Shown here: one piece after another, positions 28,283-37,543 of the stretch
Layout of the letters: every line of letters starts with the position of its first letter
Numbering within the stretch: the stretch's first letter is position 1
Virus record (IMG/VR): IMGVR_UViG_3300014203_000012
Coordinates: 32,001 to 96,000 of that record
Origin: a virus
Lineage: Duplodnaviria > Caudoviricetes
Length of the DNA: 64,000 nt
Reading direction: 5' to 3' (one strand)
Position numbers and translations under genes: made by a program
The notes under the pieces: model-generated
The model's input: only the letters and a program-made list of their open reading frames with translations
Databases searched by the model: none
What the model was told of the DNA's origin: nothing

Positions 28283-29539
28283 ATGTTCCAAGACGCTAAA
28301 ACCTATGCCGATGTGTCCAAGGAGGAACAAGATGTTTACACTAAAGAGGTAAATCTGCTTGATATCATCACAGTTCTTGAGAACCAAGGGATCTCTATTG
28401 ATTACAAAGACAGTCTTGCGGTGACTTGTTCTAAAATGAAAAAGATCTTATTTGATCGCGTTTCGGCTGCGATGTTTACCAAGAAAGCATTGTCGGTTTC
28501 CGATCAAGAGCTTACCTCTAAAATACAAGAATTTCTTGGTGAAGCAAATGATATCTTTATGCTAAGTGGCTATTGCATGAAAATCAATTTAGTTGCAAAA
28601 ACAGTAAAAATATTTGATGGCGACAGATTGCTTATGACTTATCAAGATGGTAAAATGGAACTGAGTGCGGCATTATCTAAAGAAGAAGTTCAAGATATTA
28701 AAGATTCTAATCCTGATGTACCAATAGTGGATACACCGCTGCTTATCTCAGAGGTTATAGTTTTACCACCATTGGAAAAAACAGTAACTAAACCATTGCA
28801 GAAGTCTATTGTAGTAGACTCTACTGTGGTTGATGAAACTCCTAAATCTACAGAGATTGAAATTAATCGAGGCGGAGAAAAATTCAAAGTAGTTGATGGA
28901 AAATTCATTAGTAAAGATGATAAAACTAAAGCTACTGAGCAGCAGTTTATTGACGCTGCGAATGCTCGTGCTGCACAAATAATGGCCAAAACTCCTAAAT
29001 CTGCAGAGATTGAAATTAATCGCGATGGAGAAAAATTCAAAGTAGTTGATGGAAAATTCATTAGTAAAGCTAATAAATCTAAAGCTACTGAGCAGCAGTT
29101 TATTGACGCTGCGAATGCTCGTGCTGCACAAATAATGGCCAAAACTGCTAGAAATGCTAGTGCCACAATTGCAAAGAATAAAAGTGTAGTAGAAGGCGTG
29201 AAAGTTATTAATAATCCTGAAACTACAATCACGTTAGAGAACACTCAGCAGATAGCCACAAGAATTGATATTGATCTGTTAAAGAAATATATCAATATCG
29301 ACAGTCTGAAAAATGCTCCAGCTGAGCTCAAAGCTAAAATTATGGCTAGGCTGGAAGGTGCAATAAAAACAGTATTGAAGGCTGGTGGTTTCGACAAATT
29401 TCTTAATCTTAAGAATGCCAAATATGGTCTTTCTAAATCTACGTTTTTCGATAAGGATAGATATATTTTGTTTAATGGTAAGCATTATATGAAGTTTATC
29501 GATGCAGAGAACTTTGAATTCGATAATAAGCTTAATTAA
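28283..29539 (+). CDS. Hypothetical early protein with an internal 51-aa duplication
   Basis: 418 aa, AGGAG RBS, terminator ggggagat-t-atctcccc+T at ~29546. Confidence 0.7.
   Translation: MFQDAKTYADVSKEEQDVYTKEVNLLDIITVLENQGISIDYKDSLAVTCSKMKKILFDRVSAAMFTKKALSVSDQELTSKIQEFLGEANDIFMLSGYCMKINLVAKTVKIFDGDRLLMTYQDGKMELSAALSKEEVQDIKDSNPDVPIVDTPLLISEVIVLPPLEKTVTKPLQKSIVVDSTVVDETPKSTEIEINRGGEKFKVVDGKFISKDDKTKATEQQFIDAANARAAQIMAKTPKSAEIEINRDGEKFKVVDGKFISKANKSKATEQQFIDAANARAAQIMAKTARNASATIAKNKSVVEGVKVINNPETTITLENTQQIATRIDIDLLKKYINIDSLKNAPAELKAKIMARLEGAIKTVLKAGGFDKFLNLKNAKYGLSKSTFFDKDRYILFNGKHYMKFIDAENFEFDNKLN
28836..29146 (+). repeat. In-frame tandem duplication, 2 x 153 bp
   Basis: TPKSxEIEINRxGEKFKVVDGKFISK...ATEQQFIDAANARAAQIMAK occurs twice with near-identical DNA. 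Confidence 0.9.
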
Positions 29540-29602
29540 TATAACGGGGGAGATTATCTCCCCTTTTATTTTTTTAAGATCGTAAATGGGGTGTACTAAT
29601 AG

Positions 29603-30343
29603 ATGCAGGAATTAAAGTTCGAAAACTATAACAAGATGGAAGATATAATGTATTATCTTGGGCCTAATGCGGTTTTAAAGATGAATCTTTCTATGTTCCA
29701 AAGCTCTGAAAAATATGGGCGAAGAAGTTATCATCAAGAAGTACAATATTACAATGAAAAAGCAGGACAAAAGGTGGTCAATTTAAAACGGTCATTTGAT
29801 TACTTCGCATCAATAGAAAATCTGAAAGCAGTTAATAGAGTTAAAGAATATATCATGATACGGCAACAAGATATATTCTTATTGCGTAAGGTAATAAATT
29901 CTGTATTTGACTTGTTCAATAAAGAATTCGACAATATGTTTGTCAAGAAAAACGGTATCGTTACTATTAGAAATAAAATAACTCCAGTAGAGTTTACAGG
30001 ATTGAGTTTGGGGAAATATTTAGTATTTTCTCCTGATATAATGGATAGTTATAATGGAGAAAAAATTGGATGTATCCGTATGAACTTATCTTCTCCAAAT
30101 AACTTTGTTCTTATGCCTATAGGTAAGTATAGTGGCTTCCTTGAATGTATAAATAATATGGATATGTTTTCATATGCTCAGGGTATGCTATCTTATTTTG
30201 GTAAGCCTGCATATGGCACAAATATGTATGACTTTACAGACTCTCAATCCATAGAAGACACAGTTGTGGCTAGAAGTGGAAGGAAGATACAGTCTAAATC
30301 TAATAAATCGTATTTCGCGAATAAGATAGCGGAATTGGATTAG
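29603..30343 (+). CDS. Hypothetical protein
   Basis: 246 aa, GGGGTG RBS. Confidence 0.7.
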   Translation: MQELKFENYNKMEDIMYYLGPNAVLKMNLSMFQSSEKYGRRSYHQEVQYYNEKAGQKVVNLKRSFDYFASIENLKAVNRVKEYIMIRQQDIFLLRKVINSVFDLFNKEFDNMFVKKNGIVTIRNKITPVEFTGLSLGKYLVFSPDIMDSYNGEKIGCIRMNLSSPNNFVLMPIGKYSGFLECINNMDMFSYAQGMLSYFGKPAYGTNMYDFTDSQSIEDTVVARSGRKIQSKSNKSYFANKIAELD

Positions 30344-30381
30344 AATAGGAGGTATAGCATAATGCTATACCTCTTTATTTT

Positions 30382-31149
30382 TTAGTTTGTTGTATACATA
30401 ACTGGCTGATTAGTATTAGCCGCACTGACATAATTATCTTCCATCTTCTGTACTACTTCATCTCTCTTATTAGCTTTATCTTCTAAACTAGATAATTTGA
30501 GATCAGTTGTTGCAAATATAGTATCTACTCCATCGTAATGTTTAAGATACTCATATAAGAATAATGCAACGTCTGCTGTAGCAAGAGCTTCAAACAATTC
30601 CATCTTAGTTGGAGCTATAGTCATTAAATTAGTTGGGTGTTTTACTAATAAATTGATTGGAATGCTTCTTACAAAATCAAGATAATTATTAGCCATAGTA
30701 GCTGATAGTCTTACTTTATTTGGCGGTATCCAATCTACATAAATACCATTAGTGAATAAAGAACTATGATCTGCAGACATTTGACCCATGCAAATATCTT
30801 CTACATCATACCCAGTAGCCATCATATCAAGAGTGCCATATCCTCCACCACCTTGGTATGCAGTTGATTTGGCACTAAATTCATGCCAGTCTATATCTGC
30901 TGCACCTAGGATATCTTGATTTTCACAAGTATCCTCATCTATCAGATAATAGTTTCCTTTTTTATTTGATGGTCCCATAAGGTATAATATCTTATGGGGG
31001 TAATACCTACTGAATGAATCTAAAGTTTCATTAGCTATTACCTCCTCTGCCCATTTATTTTTAGCAATATCTGGTGGGAGACTAAGTGGTTTTGTTCCAA
31101 GTCTGCGCTCTATCTTATTTAAAAGATCCGTCATTCGATTCATTGGCAT
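30382..31149 (-). CDS. Neck / head-tail adaptor protein (T4 gp13-like)
   Basis: N-terminal LLNKIERRLGTKPL...ETLDSFSRYYP resembles the gp13 N-terminus (ILRRLGAP...ALELY). Confidence 0.55.
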   Translation of the reverse strand: MPMNRMTDLLNKIERRLGTKPLSLPPDIAKNKWAEEVIANETLDSFSRYYPHKILYLMGPSNKKGNYYLIDEDTCENQDILGAADIDWHEFSAKSTAYQGGGGYGTLDMMATGYDVEDICMGQMSADHSSLFTNGIYVDWIPPNKVRLSATMANNYLDFVRSIPINLLVKHPTNLMTIAPTKMELFEALATADVALFLYEYLKHYDGVDTIFATTDLKLSSLEDKANKRDEVVQKMEDNYVSAANTNQPVMYTTN

Positions 31150-31222
31150 ATTATCAACTCCTTATTAAAATGTAAATTTAATTATATATTATATAACAGA
31201 GAATGGATTGGGGGTAAGCAAA

Positions 31223-31981
31223 ATGAAGTATTCAAATTATAAATATTATATTGATGCTGCAATGAAATTATTAAATGGACAGGTGAATAGAAATCTACGC
31301 TGTTATAAATTCTCTTATGTATATTCTAATGATGAGGTACATGCAAGAGAATGTAATGGCGCTATAACTTTTAATCTTCAAAGTATGGCATATGCACTAA
31401 AAGACATGGAACCGCTTATAAGGTTTACGTACATTATAAGGACGGTCGCACATGAGCTATCACATATAGATCAAGATGTGAACTATTATAAATATGAAAG
31501 AGACTATTCATATAGAGCATGGATAGAAAAATCTAATGAATTAAATTCTATTTGTTTTATTATGGATAATCTTAATATGATAAAAATGAATTTAGGAGAC
31601 TTCAACCATACAATCTTAGAAGATCTCCATCAGTATGCAAAAATAAATGGCACAAAATATGTGCCATCATCTAAAAGTAAAATGGTAGCCAATATAATGG
31701 AAACCTATATGATAGATACGAATAGAGCCAGATATAAAGATCTTGACACTATCCTGTTAAATCTTAACGGGGTGAGATATATGATAAAACATAAGGGAGA
31801 GATAATAGATCCTAACGTGATCTATCCAGTAATAAATGAACTAAGTAACTTCAATAGTATGAAGGTATTCAATATGATTAAAGAGGATAATAGTTTAATC
31901 ATCAAAGTGCAAACTGAAGATGAACAAAAAAGACTAGAAGAAATAATATATCGTATAGATAAAAAATATATTATGGCATAA
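31223..31981 (+). CDS. HExxH zincin-like protein
   Basis: TVAHELSHIDQ; early promoter at 31183-31195. Confidence 0.6.
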   Translation: MKYSNYKYYIDAAMKLLNGQVNRNLRCYKFSYVYSNDEVHARECNGAITFNLQSMAYALKDMEPLIRFTYIIRTVAHELSHIDQDVNYYKYERDYSYRAWIEKSNELNSICFIMDNLNMIKMNLGDFNHTILEDLHQYAKINGTKYVPSSKSKMVANIMETYMIDTNRARYKDLDTILLNLNGVRYMIKHKGEIIDPNVIYPVINELSNFNSMKVFNMIKEDNSLIIKVQTEDEQKRLEEIIYRIDKKYIMA

Positions 31982-31994
31982 GGAGTGATAAATT

Positions 31995-32273
31995 ATGATA
32001 TTTTTTAAAGTAGATGAGAAGAATCATATATTAAACGTAGGTAAGATATATCGCAATGTGCGCATAACTGCACAAATTTATAGCCAATCTAAAGAAGAGC
32101 ATAGCGCATCTTTCTTTATTGGTAGTAATGGGATTGGAACTATCGATGGGTCTGGTGCGCTAGATAACTTTGTAGAAGGTATTGTTAAACCTGCAATAAT
32201 AGAAATACTAAAAAATGCGAAAGAAAATATAGATTCTATAGATGAAGATATTACTAAATTAAGAAAGGGTTGA
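31995..32273 (+). CDS. Hypothetical protein
   Basis: 92 aa, AGGAG RBS. Confidence 0.55.
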   Translation: MIFFKVDEKNHILNVGKIYRNVRITAQIYSQSKEEHSASFFIGSNGIGTIDGSGALDNFVEGIVKPAIIEILKNAKENIDSIDEDITKLRKG

Positions 32274-32277
32274 AAGA

Positions 32278-32544
32278 ATGAAAATATTATTTGAGTATAG
32301 AGATGGTGTTCATATTTGGAACCATCAATTTTGTAGTATGAGAGTAACGATTATTATAGCACCAAGATTATCTGGGGGGTGCGATATAACAGTTTATATA
32401 GACGATGTACAATCTGCGTATTATCTATATAAAACTAAGACAATGAATGAACTAGTTGAACATATCAAAATACTGATTAATGATATACCAGGAATGAAAC
32501 ATATAATCCCAGAGAACTCATTTTATAACATTTTATTCGAATAA
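32278..32544 (+). CDS. Hypothetical protein
   Basis: 88 aa, followed by a palindromic terminator at ~32544-32580. Confidence 0.55.
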   Translation: MKILFEYRDGVHIWNHQFCSMRVTIIIAPRLSGGCDITVYIDDVQSAYYLYKTKTMNELVEHIKILINDIPGMKHIIPENSFYNILFE

Positions 32545-32580
32545 ATAAAGAGAGTATGCAATTGCATACTCTCTTTATTT

Positions 32581-33426
32581 TTATTTTTTATAACAAAAAT
32601 CCATAATCTCATTTTGAATATGCCGTTCAACCGATACTACGATTCTGTCATAGTTCTTATCAATCAATGTAACTTCTTTACCACTTTCTGATACAGTAAT
32701 ACTTTCATAGAAAGTATCAAAGTTATTGATGATGGTATTAAGATTAGCAGATTCGGATAAGATATAATCTCTGACAGATGCATTTGTAACAGGAGTTATA
32801 ATTTGGAACCCCTCTTCAACCAGTTGAATATTCCCATTCTCTGTAACTTTTTCAGGAACATAGATATATTTCTTACCTTGTCGTGTTGTTCCTTCACTAA
32901 TAATCTTAGTTGTATAAGCCTTCGGATGAGAAGGATAATAAACCCTATCATAAGTAATAATTTTAAGATTGCGTACATATGCTTTACCTGCACTTTGTAT
33001 AATAGTACCTAATGCTCTAAGAGAGAAAGAAGGTTTCTGCCCATCTATCAAATCATCATTGAATGATTTACCTAATTCATTATTAGTACCACGGAAATTT
33101 GCTTTTACTAAATTACCTTCCATCCATAGTTTAGTATACCAAACTTGTTCAGTTGTAGGATCGATTTTTTGTTGTCGTGCTAAATCATTAGCAGACGGAT
33201 GACCAGCTTCGCCTTTGAAATTACCGCTCGAAACAAGTTCCTGTTGTTTAGAACTAGTAATTTCTTTATATAGATCATCATGTCCATAACATCGTCTATT
33301 ACGATTCTCTTCTTCAGCTTCCTGAATAATGCCTTCTGCAATGACGAAATTTCTATTTTGATTTACTATATTAAATTCTACATCTTTAGCAGACGATTCG
33401 CATATAATATACGCTAATGCATTCAT
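32581..33426 (-). CDS. Prohead maturation protease (T4 gp21-like)
   Basis: EGIIQEAEEENRNRRCY, GEAGHP, FSLRALG, ITYDRVYYPSHPKAY. Late promoter at 33446-33457. Confidence 0.88.
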   Translation of the reverse strand: MNALAYIICESSAKDVEFNIVNQNRNFVIAEGIIQEAEEENRNRRCYGHDDLYKEITSSKQQELVSSGNFKGEAGHPSANDLARQQKIDPTTEQVWYTKLWMEGNLVKANFRGTNNELGKSFNDDLIDGQKPSFSLRALGTIIQSAGKAYVRNLKIITYDRVYYPSHPKAYTTKIISEGTTRQGKKYIYVPEKVTENGNIQLVEEGFQIITPVTNASVRDYILSESANLNTIINNFDTFYESITVSESGKEVTLIDKNYDRIVVSVERHIQNEIMDFCYKK

Positions 33427-33564
33427 TCGATTACCTCCTTTACGTTATATTTATGTTTAAAGCATGTATTGCTAGTAGAACCCAATTAAGTAATAGTTTA
33501 CATTATCAATTATATATTATATAGGTGAGTAATAATAAAATTATATGAAAGGTTGTTGATTAGT

Positions 33565-33840
33565 ATGTATAGTGTTACATTTATAGTAGAAAGAGGAGGT
33601 AAAGCTGGAGAGTTTAATATGGAAGTAGATATAGGAGTGTTTCCAAGTAATGTAAATGAAAATATAGAAGAGAAAAATTTGATTTCTGATAATCCAAATA
33701 CAACTATTACCAAATATCATATTACTTCAGATATGAAATTCTCTGTTGTAATTGCAAAGCATTTTAATGATTTTAATAAAATATTTAAAACAACCGCACG
33801 AGTAATACATGCCACTGAAGGTAAAAATGATAAATTATAA
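33565..33840 (+). CDS. Hypothetical early protein (start uncertain)
   Basis: ORF after the early promoter at 33511-33523. Confidence 0.45.
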   Translation: MYSVTFIVERGGKAGEFNMEVDIGVFPSNVNENIEEKNLISDNPNTTITKYHITSDMKFSVVIAKHFNDFNKIFKTTARVIHATEGKNDKL

Positions 33841-33984
33841 TAGCCGCTATTTTATAAAAGAACGGAGGCTATTAAAATGGATAACGAAACTGTAGGAAAA
33901 GAAAACTAATAAAAAATAATAGATATACCCGTGAATGAATTCATTCACGGGTATATTTTATTAATACATATGATTTATTTTTTA

Positions 33985-34467
33985 TTAATTTCTTTTGTAT
34001 TTGTTGTATACAGGAGCTTTGACTTCGGCTTCAACAGTATCGATTGCAGCATCAACTTTAACTTCTTCATCGGCAATTTTATCAGCTTCTACTGTTTCTG
34101 TTGGAGGTAATACTTCTTGTACTGGCTCGGGAACTATCGCTTTTACTGCCGGAGTGGTATCTACTGGCTCGGTGGCAGCTTCAATAATCAGTTTACCGCC
34201 TACTTCTTTAACGTTCATAATTTTAGCAGGTTCAATTTCTGCGACTATTTCTTGAATGCTATTGTTTTTATCATAGTTTGCAAAATCAAGAGGAACTGTT
34301 TTATTGAATCCGATAACCTCTTCGACCTTTGCGTTACCACGAATACAAACAAGAATCTCATCTAGTGTAAGGCTAATACCATTTGCCACTCCTGCAATTG
34401 GGTATTTAAGATTGGTAATTGGAGTGTGCGCTCTTACGTTTACTTTCTTTTTAATTACATTAACCAT
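33985..34467 (-). CDS. Hypothetical late protein (acidic, Ala/Val/Pro-rich tail)
   Basis: 160 aa, AGGAGG RBS. Confidence 0.65.
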   Translation of the reverse strand: MVNVIKKKVNVRAHTPITNLKYPIAGVANGISLTLDEILVCIRGNAKVEEVIGFNKTVPLDFANYDKNNSIQEIVAEIEPAKIMNVKEVGGKLIIEAATEPVDTTPAVKAIVPEPVQEVLPPTETVEADKIADEEVKVDAAIDTVEAEVKAPVYNKYKRN

Positions 34468-34482
34468 TTTAAAAATTCCTCC

Positions 34483-34668
34483 TTAAATATTCGAATCTAC
34501 TAGATCCATTGGGTCTTCTTCACCCATTACAATATCAATAGCATCGCTATCAGAAATGCTATCGTTTAGTAAATCTTCTTCTGCATCGACTTCATCGTCA
34601 ATGTCTCCATCAATTACTGACATAACAAGATCATCATCAAGAAATTCTTCATCAATAAGGCTCATCAT
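34483..34668 (-). CDS. Small, extremely acidic protein
   Basis: 61 aa, GGAGG RBS, no Lys or Arg. Confidence 0.65.
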   Translation of the reverse strand: MMSLIDEEFLDDDLVMSVIDGDIDDEVDAEEDLLNDSISDSDAIDIVMGEEDPMDLVDSNI

Positions 34669-34838
34669 TATACCTCCATGTATTTTTCTTCAGGTGGAAA
34701 AATGTCTGACAATTCTTCTTTAATAGACATACTTTCCATCATACTATCAAGAAGATCATCATCATCCATAAGCATTAGGTCATCCTCATCTTCTTTAACC
34801 ATTTCATTGAGTAAAAGTGTATCGAAAGGTTTAGACAA
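34668..34838 (-). CDS. Small acidic protein
   Basis: Probable TTG start at 34838 after AAGGAG; late promoter at 34865-34876. Confidence 0.6.
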   Translation of the reverse strand: MSKPFDTLLLNEMVKEDEDDLMLMDDDDLLDSMMESMSIKEELSDIFPPEEKYMEV

Positions 34839-34874
34839 AGTAATCGCTCCTTTCATAGCAATCTTATTTATATG

Positions 34875-36092
34875 TTAAGCTAAGGTCATTTTATCCGTTT
34901 TTAACAAGTTAATTGCATATTTTTCTAGTATGAATATAATCATTGGAATCGTATAGAATATCTCAACGCCAGGACTGTATTCTATTCTCTCTAACGCATC
35001 TATCATATCTTGAGTTATATCATTACCACTAAAATAACTACTAATAATATTGTAATATTCTTTAGGATCTCCAGCTTCAAAAATTTTACCAACAGTAATA
35101 GCCTCTACAAGATCACTATCAAACAAATCTATAGGATCGGCTAGTACCCCAAGTTTAACTTTATAATCTATCAGATAGTAGTCTTCCATTCTAGTAGTAA
35201 GTAGAGATGTTGGATCGTCGATAAGAATCCCATAAGCTCGTTGAAAATTGATTTTATTATTTTTTTGCTCTAAATATTTAAATACAGTTTTATCGTACTC
35301 AATACAAAATGTCTGCGATAGGTATACTTGTTGGGTAATGTAACTATATTTAGATGAGCCACTATCAAGTATACCATTGCGAATTATAAACTCAATCATA
35401 TAAGGATCATAGAAAAAACAATCCCCATATGCAACTACATATGTTTGTATTCTTTTCTTAAAGAATAGTCCAGTGAAGTATTCTCTAAGAGTAGATGATA
35501 TGTTTTGTATGCTCTCTATAAAAGTATACTCATTGCTAGTAATTACAGATTTATATTTACCGCCTATATTCCCAGCGACCATATCAAACTGACCTACAAC
35601 CTGGGCATCTATCGCTAGATCAAAGTTATCTAATCTATATGTGAGCTTATAGAAATTATTGCCATTTTCCAGGGTATCAAGATTAATTCCAATTACTCTA
35701 AAAAAAATATTCTTTCCTAGATGATTAATTGAGAAATATCCTTCTTGATATGGAACGAATGTATTAGGAGGAAGCATAACTTCTCCCTCTATTGGGCTAG
35801 ATTCTGTGCCCCACTCACTCATATCGATATCTAATGCAATTTTTTCGAATCCATATAAGAATACATTATTTATTTTGTTGAATCTTAATCCGCTTTGAGG
35901 TCCGATCGATTCGTATATTTGTTTTGTTCCCTCATCTAATATAGACGCGTCTATATTAGGGTTGTAATATGTTACAATCGTTGGAGGCTTATCTATAAAA
36001 GTATAAAACGGATTATCTAATCTTGATCTTACACCCTCTAGTAAACTATCAATAGTAACTTTCATATCAGTATTTAAAAATTTTCCACCCAA
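34875..36092 (-). CDS. Virion structural protein (head-closure/neck-like)
   Basis: TTG start at 36092 after AGGAGG; late promoter at 36113-36124; P..FVPY.E.YF...F.V...Y.L.Y.L pattern. Confidence 0.45.
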   Translation of the reverse strand: MGGKFLNTDMKVTIDSLLEGVRSRLDNPFYTFIDKPPTIVTYYNPNIDASILDEGTKQIYESIGPQSGLRFNKINNVFLYGFEKIALDIDMSEWGTESSPIEGEVMLPPNTFVPYQEGYFSINHLGKNIFFRVIGINLDTLENGNNFYKLTYRLDNFDLAIDAQVVGQFDMVAGNIGGKYKSVITSNEYTFIESIQNISSTLREYFTGLFFKKRIQTYVVAYGDCFFYDPYMIEFIIRNGILDSGSSKYSYITQQVYLSQTFCIEYDKTVFKYLEQKNNKINFQRAYGILIDDPTSLLTTRMEDYYLIDYKVKLGVLADPIDLFDSDLVEAITVGKIFEAGDPKEYYNIISSYFSGNDITQDMIDALERIEYSPGVEIFYTIPMIIFILEKYAINLLKTDKMTLA

Positions 36093-36160
36093 TTGTATTA
36101 CCTCCTTTCTTTTAATCGAATGTTTAACAAAAAATAAAGCACATTGGTTTCCCAATGTGC

Positions 36161-37207
36161 TTATATGCGTATAATCTGATCTTTTATTTTTTCTGATTTA
36201 ACCCCAAAATCCTTTTCCCCTGGGAATATATTGCGGTGCATATAGATTTGTATCCCTATAGGAGAAAGCAAATTTGAGATAGCTTTTATTTCCGAATCTG
36301 ATACGTCATTGTCGACGTATAAATGAAACACGCAATTCATTATTCCAAACCCAGATAGAAATAGTTTTATGACGTTTAGATAAGATTTACCTCCAATGGA
36401 AGTATAAATGTTCTGTTGTCTATTTCCATTGTTTAGATTATAGAATATTGATAGTATATCGAATGGGCCTTCAGCTATATGGATCTTAATAGGTTCAGGT
36501 GATACTATATTGCATCTTGTTGGTATATTATAATGCCGTCTAGTATTATCTTCACCTTCAAAAATACTATAGTTTGTATATCTACGGTCAATATACTTAT
36601 TAACCACTCCTGGTTTGTGGAGATTCTTAAGATTAATAAATCCATTATCCATAGATAAGAATCCTATGAAGCTATCGTCTAATTCTTTAACGATATTATC
36701 ATATCTAGTATACTTTTCTATTCTATTACCATTTAATAAATCTAATAAATTTAAAACTATTTTATTTTGTAACAAGTCAGCATATGTAAGATTAAGACCC
36801 AAGCGTCTATTTATATAAAGGAGCTTAGCCTTACTTAACTCATCATCTCTTAAATATTTATTTGAAATTTTATATGTCTTATTGGATCTGAGTCTGTTCT
36901 TGGAAGTCTTAATTGTTTTAGCATTGTATGATTTGAGCTCATGTATGAGATCTCCATCTTGGTTGCAATCTACTAGTGATCTTAGTATATCTGGTGTTAA
37001 TATGCCACATTGATTGCATTTGAAGCAATTATACATAGGCGGTTTATCATCATCATTACCAAGATAAATATATAAATGTGTATCCTTTAGATTAGTAGAA
37101 CTATCTCCACAGAATCTGCACCGAAGTGCAACCTCTTTATTCCCAGACGCATTATGAGCATCTGGGAACTTACCTAATAAAAATGCTCTTAATTTGTCTT
37201 GGAACAT
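36161..37207 (-). CDS. DNA primase (Zn finger plus TOPRIM; T4 gp61-like)
   Basis: RCRFCGDS...YNCFKC, IAEGPFDILS, YVDND, KDFG. Confidence 0.85.
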   Translation of the reverse strand: MFQDKLRAFLLGKFPDAHNASGNKEVALRCRFCGDSSTNLKDTHLYIYLGNDDDKPPMYNCFKCNQCGILTPDILRSLVDCNQDGDLIHELKSYNAKTIKTSKNRLRSNKTYKISNKYLRDDELSKAKLLYINRRLGLNLTYADLLQNKIVLNLLDLLNGNRIEKYTRYDNIVKELDDSFIGFLSMDNGFINLKNLHKPGVVNKYIDRRYTNYSIFEGEDNTRRHYNIPTRCNIVSPEPIKIHIAEGPFDILSIFYNLNNGNRQQNIYTSIGGKSYLNVIKLFLSGFGIMNCVFHLYVDNDVSDSEIKAISNLLSPIGIQIYMHRNIFPGEKDFGVKSEKIKDQIIRI

Positions 37208-37217
37208 AGAATCTAAC

Positions 37218-37388
37218 CTACTTTCTTAAAAGTTTACTGCATATCATATATACACATGTGATTGATACGCATATCAAAAAATCTGCATTACTTAATTTAG
37301 ACGTACCCCCAGTTACAATATTGATGATAGATGCCACTGCCAAACACACCGTTAATATAGAAAGTAATCTCTTTACACCTTTATACAT
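37218..37388 (-). CDS. Small two-TM membrane protein
   Basis: MYKGVKRLLSILTVCLAVASIINIV...FLICVSITCVYMIC; AAGGAG RBS. Confidence 0.55.
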   Translation of the reverse strand: MYKGVKRLLSILTVCLAVASIINIVTGGTSKLSNADFLICVSITCVYMICSKLLRK

Positions 37389-37491
37389 TTGGCTTCTCTC
37401 CTTTAGCACTATTATGTGCAGAATGTAGTAATATGTGATTTATCAAATATATACTTACCACTATTAATATATATTCAATCCACATTTTCAT
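37381..37491 (-). CDS. Small hydrophobic peptide (36 aa, not in the ORF track)
   Basis: MKMWIEYILIVVSIYLINHILL... after GGAGGGGG; overlaps the next start. Confidence 0.4.
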   Translation of the reverse strand: MKMWIEYILIVVSIYLINHILLHSAHNSAKGEKPNV

Positions 37492-37543
37492 CCCCCCTCC
37501 AAAAAATATAGGAGTATGCTAATGCATACTCCTGTGTATTGGT

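Noticed and set aside
28836-29146. Link between this 153-bp duplication and the ~153-bp RCC1 unit
   Set aside because: No sequence similarity; the equal length is treated as coincidence
33877-33909. Mini-ORF MDNETVGKEN after a GGAGG
   Set aside because: Only 10 codons before a terminator; more likely a gene remnant and not supportable as a feature
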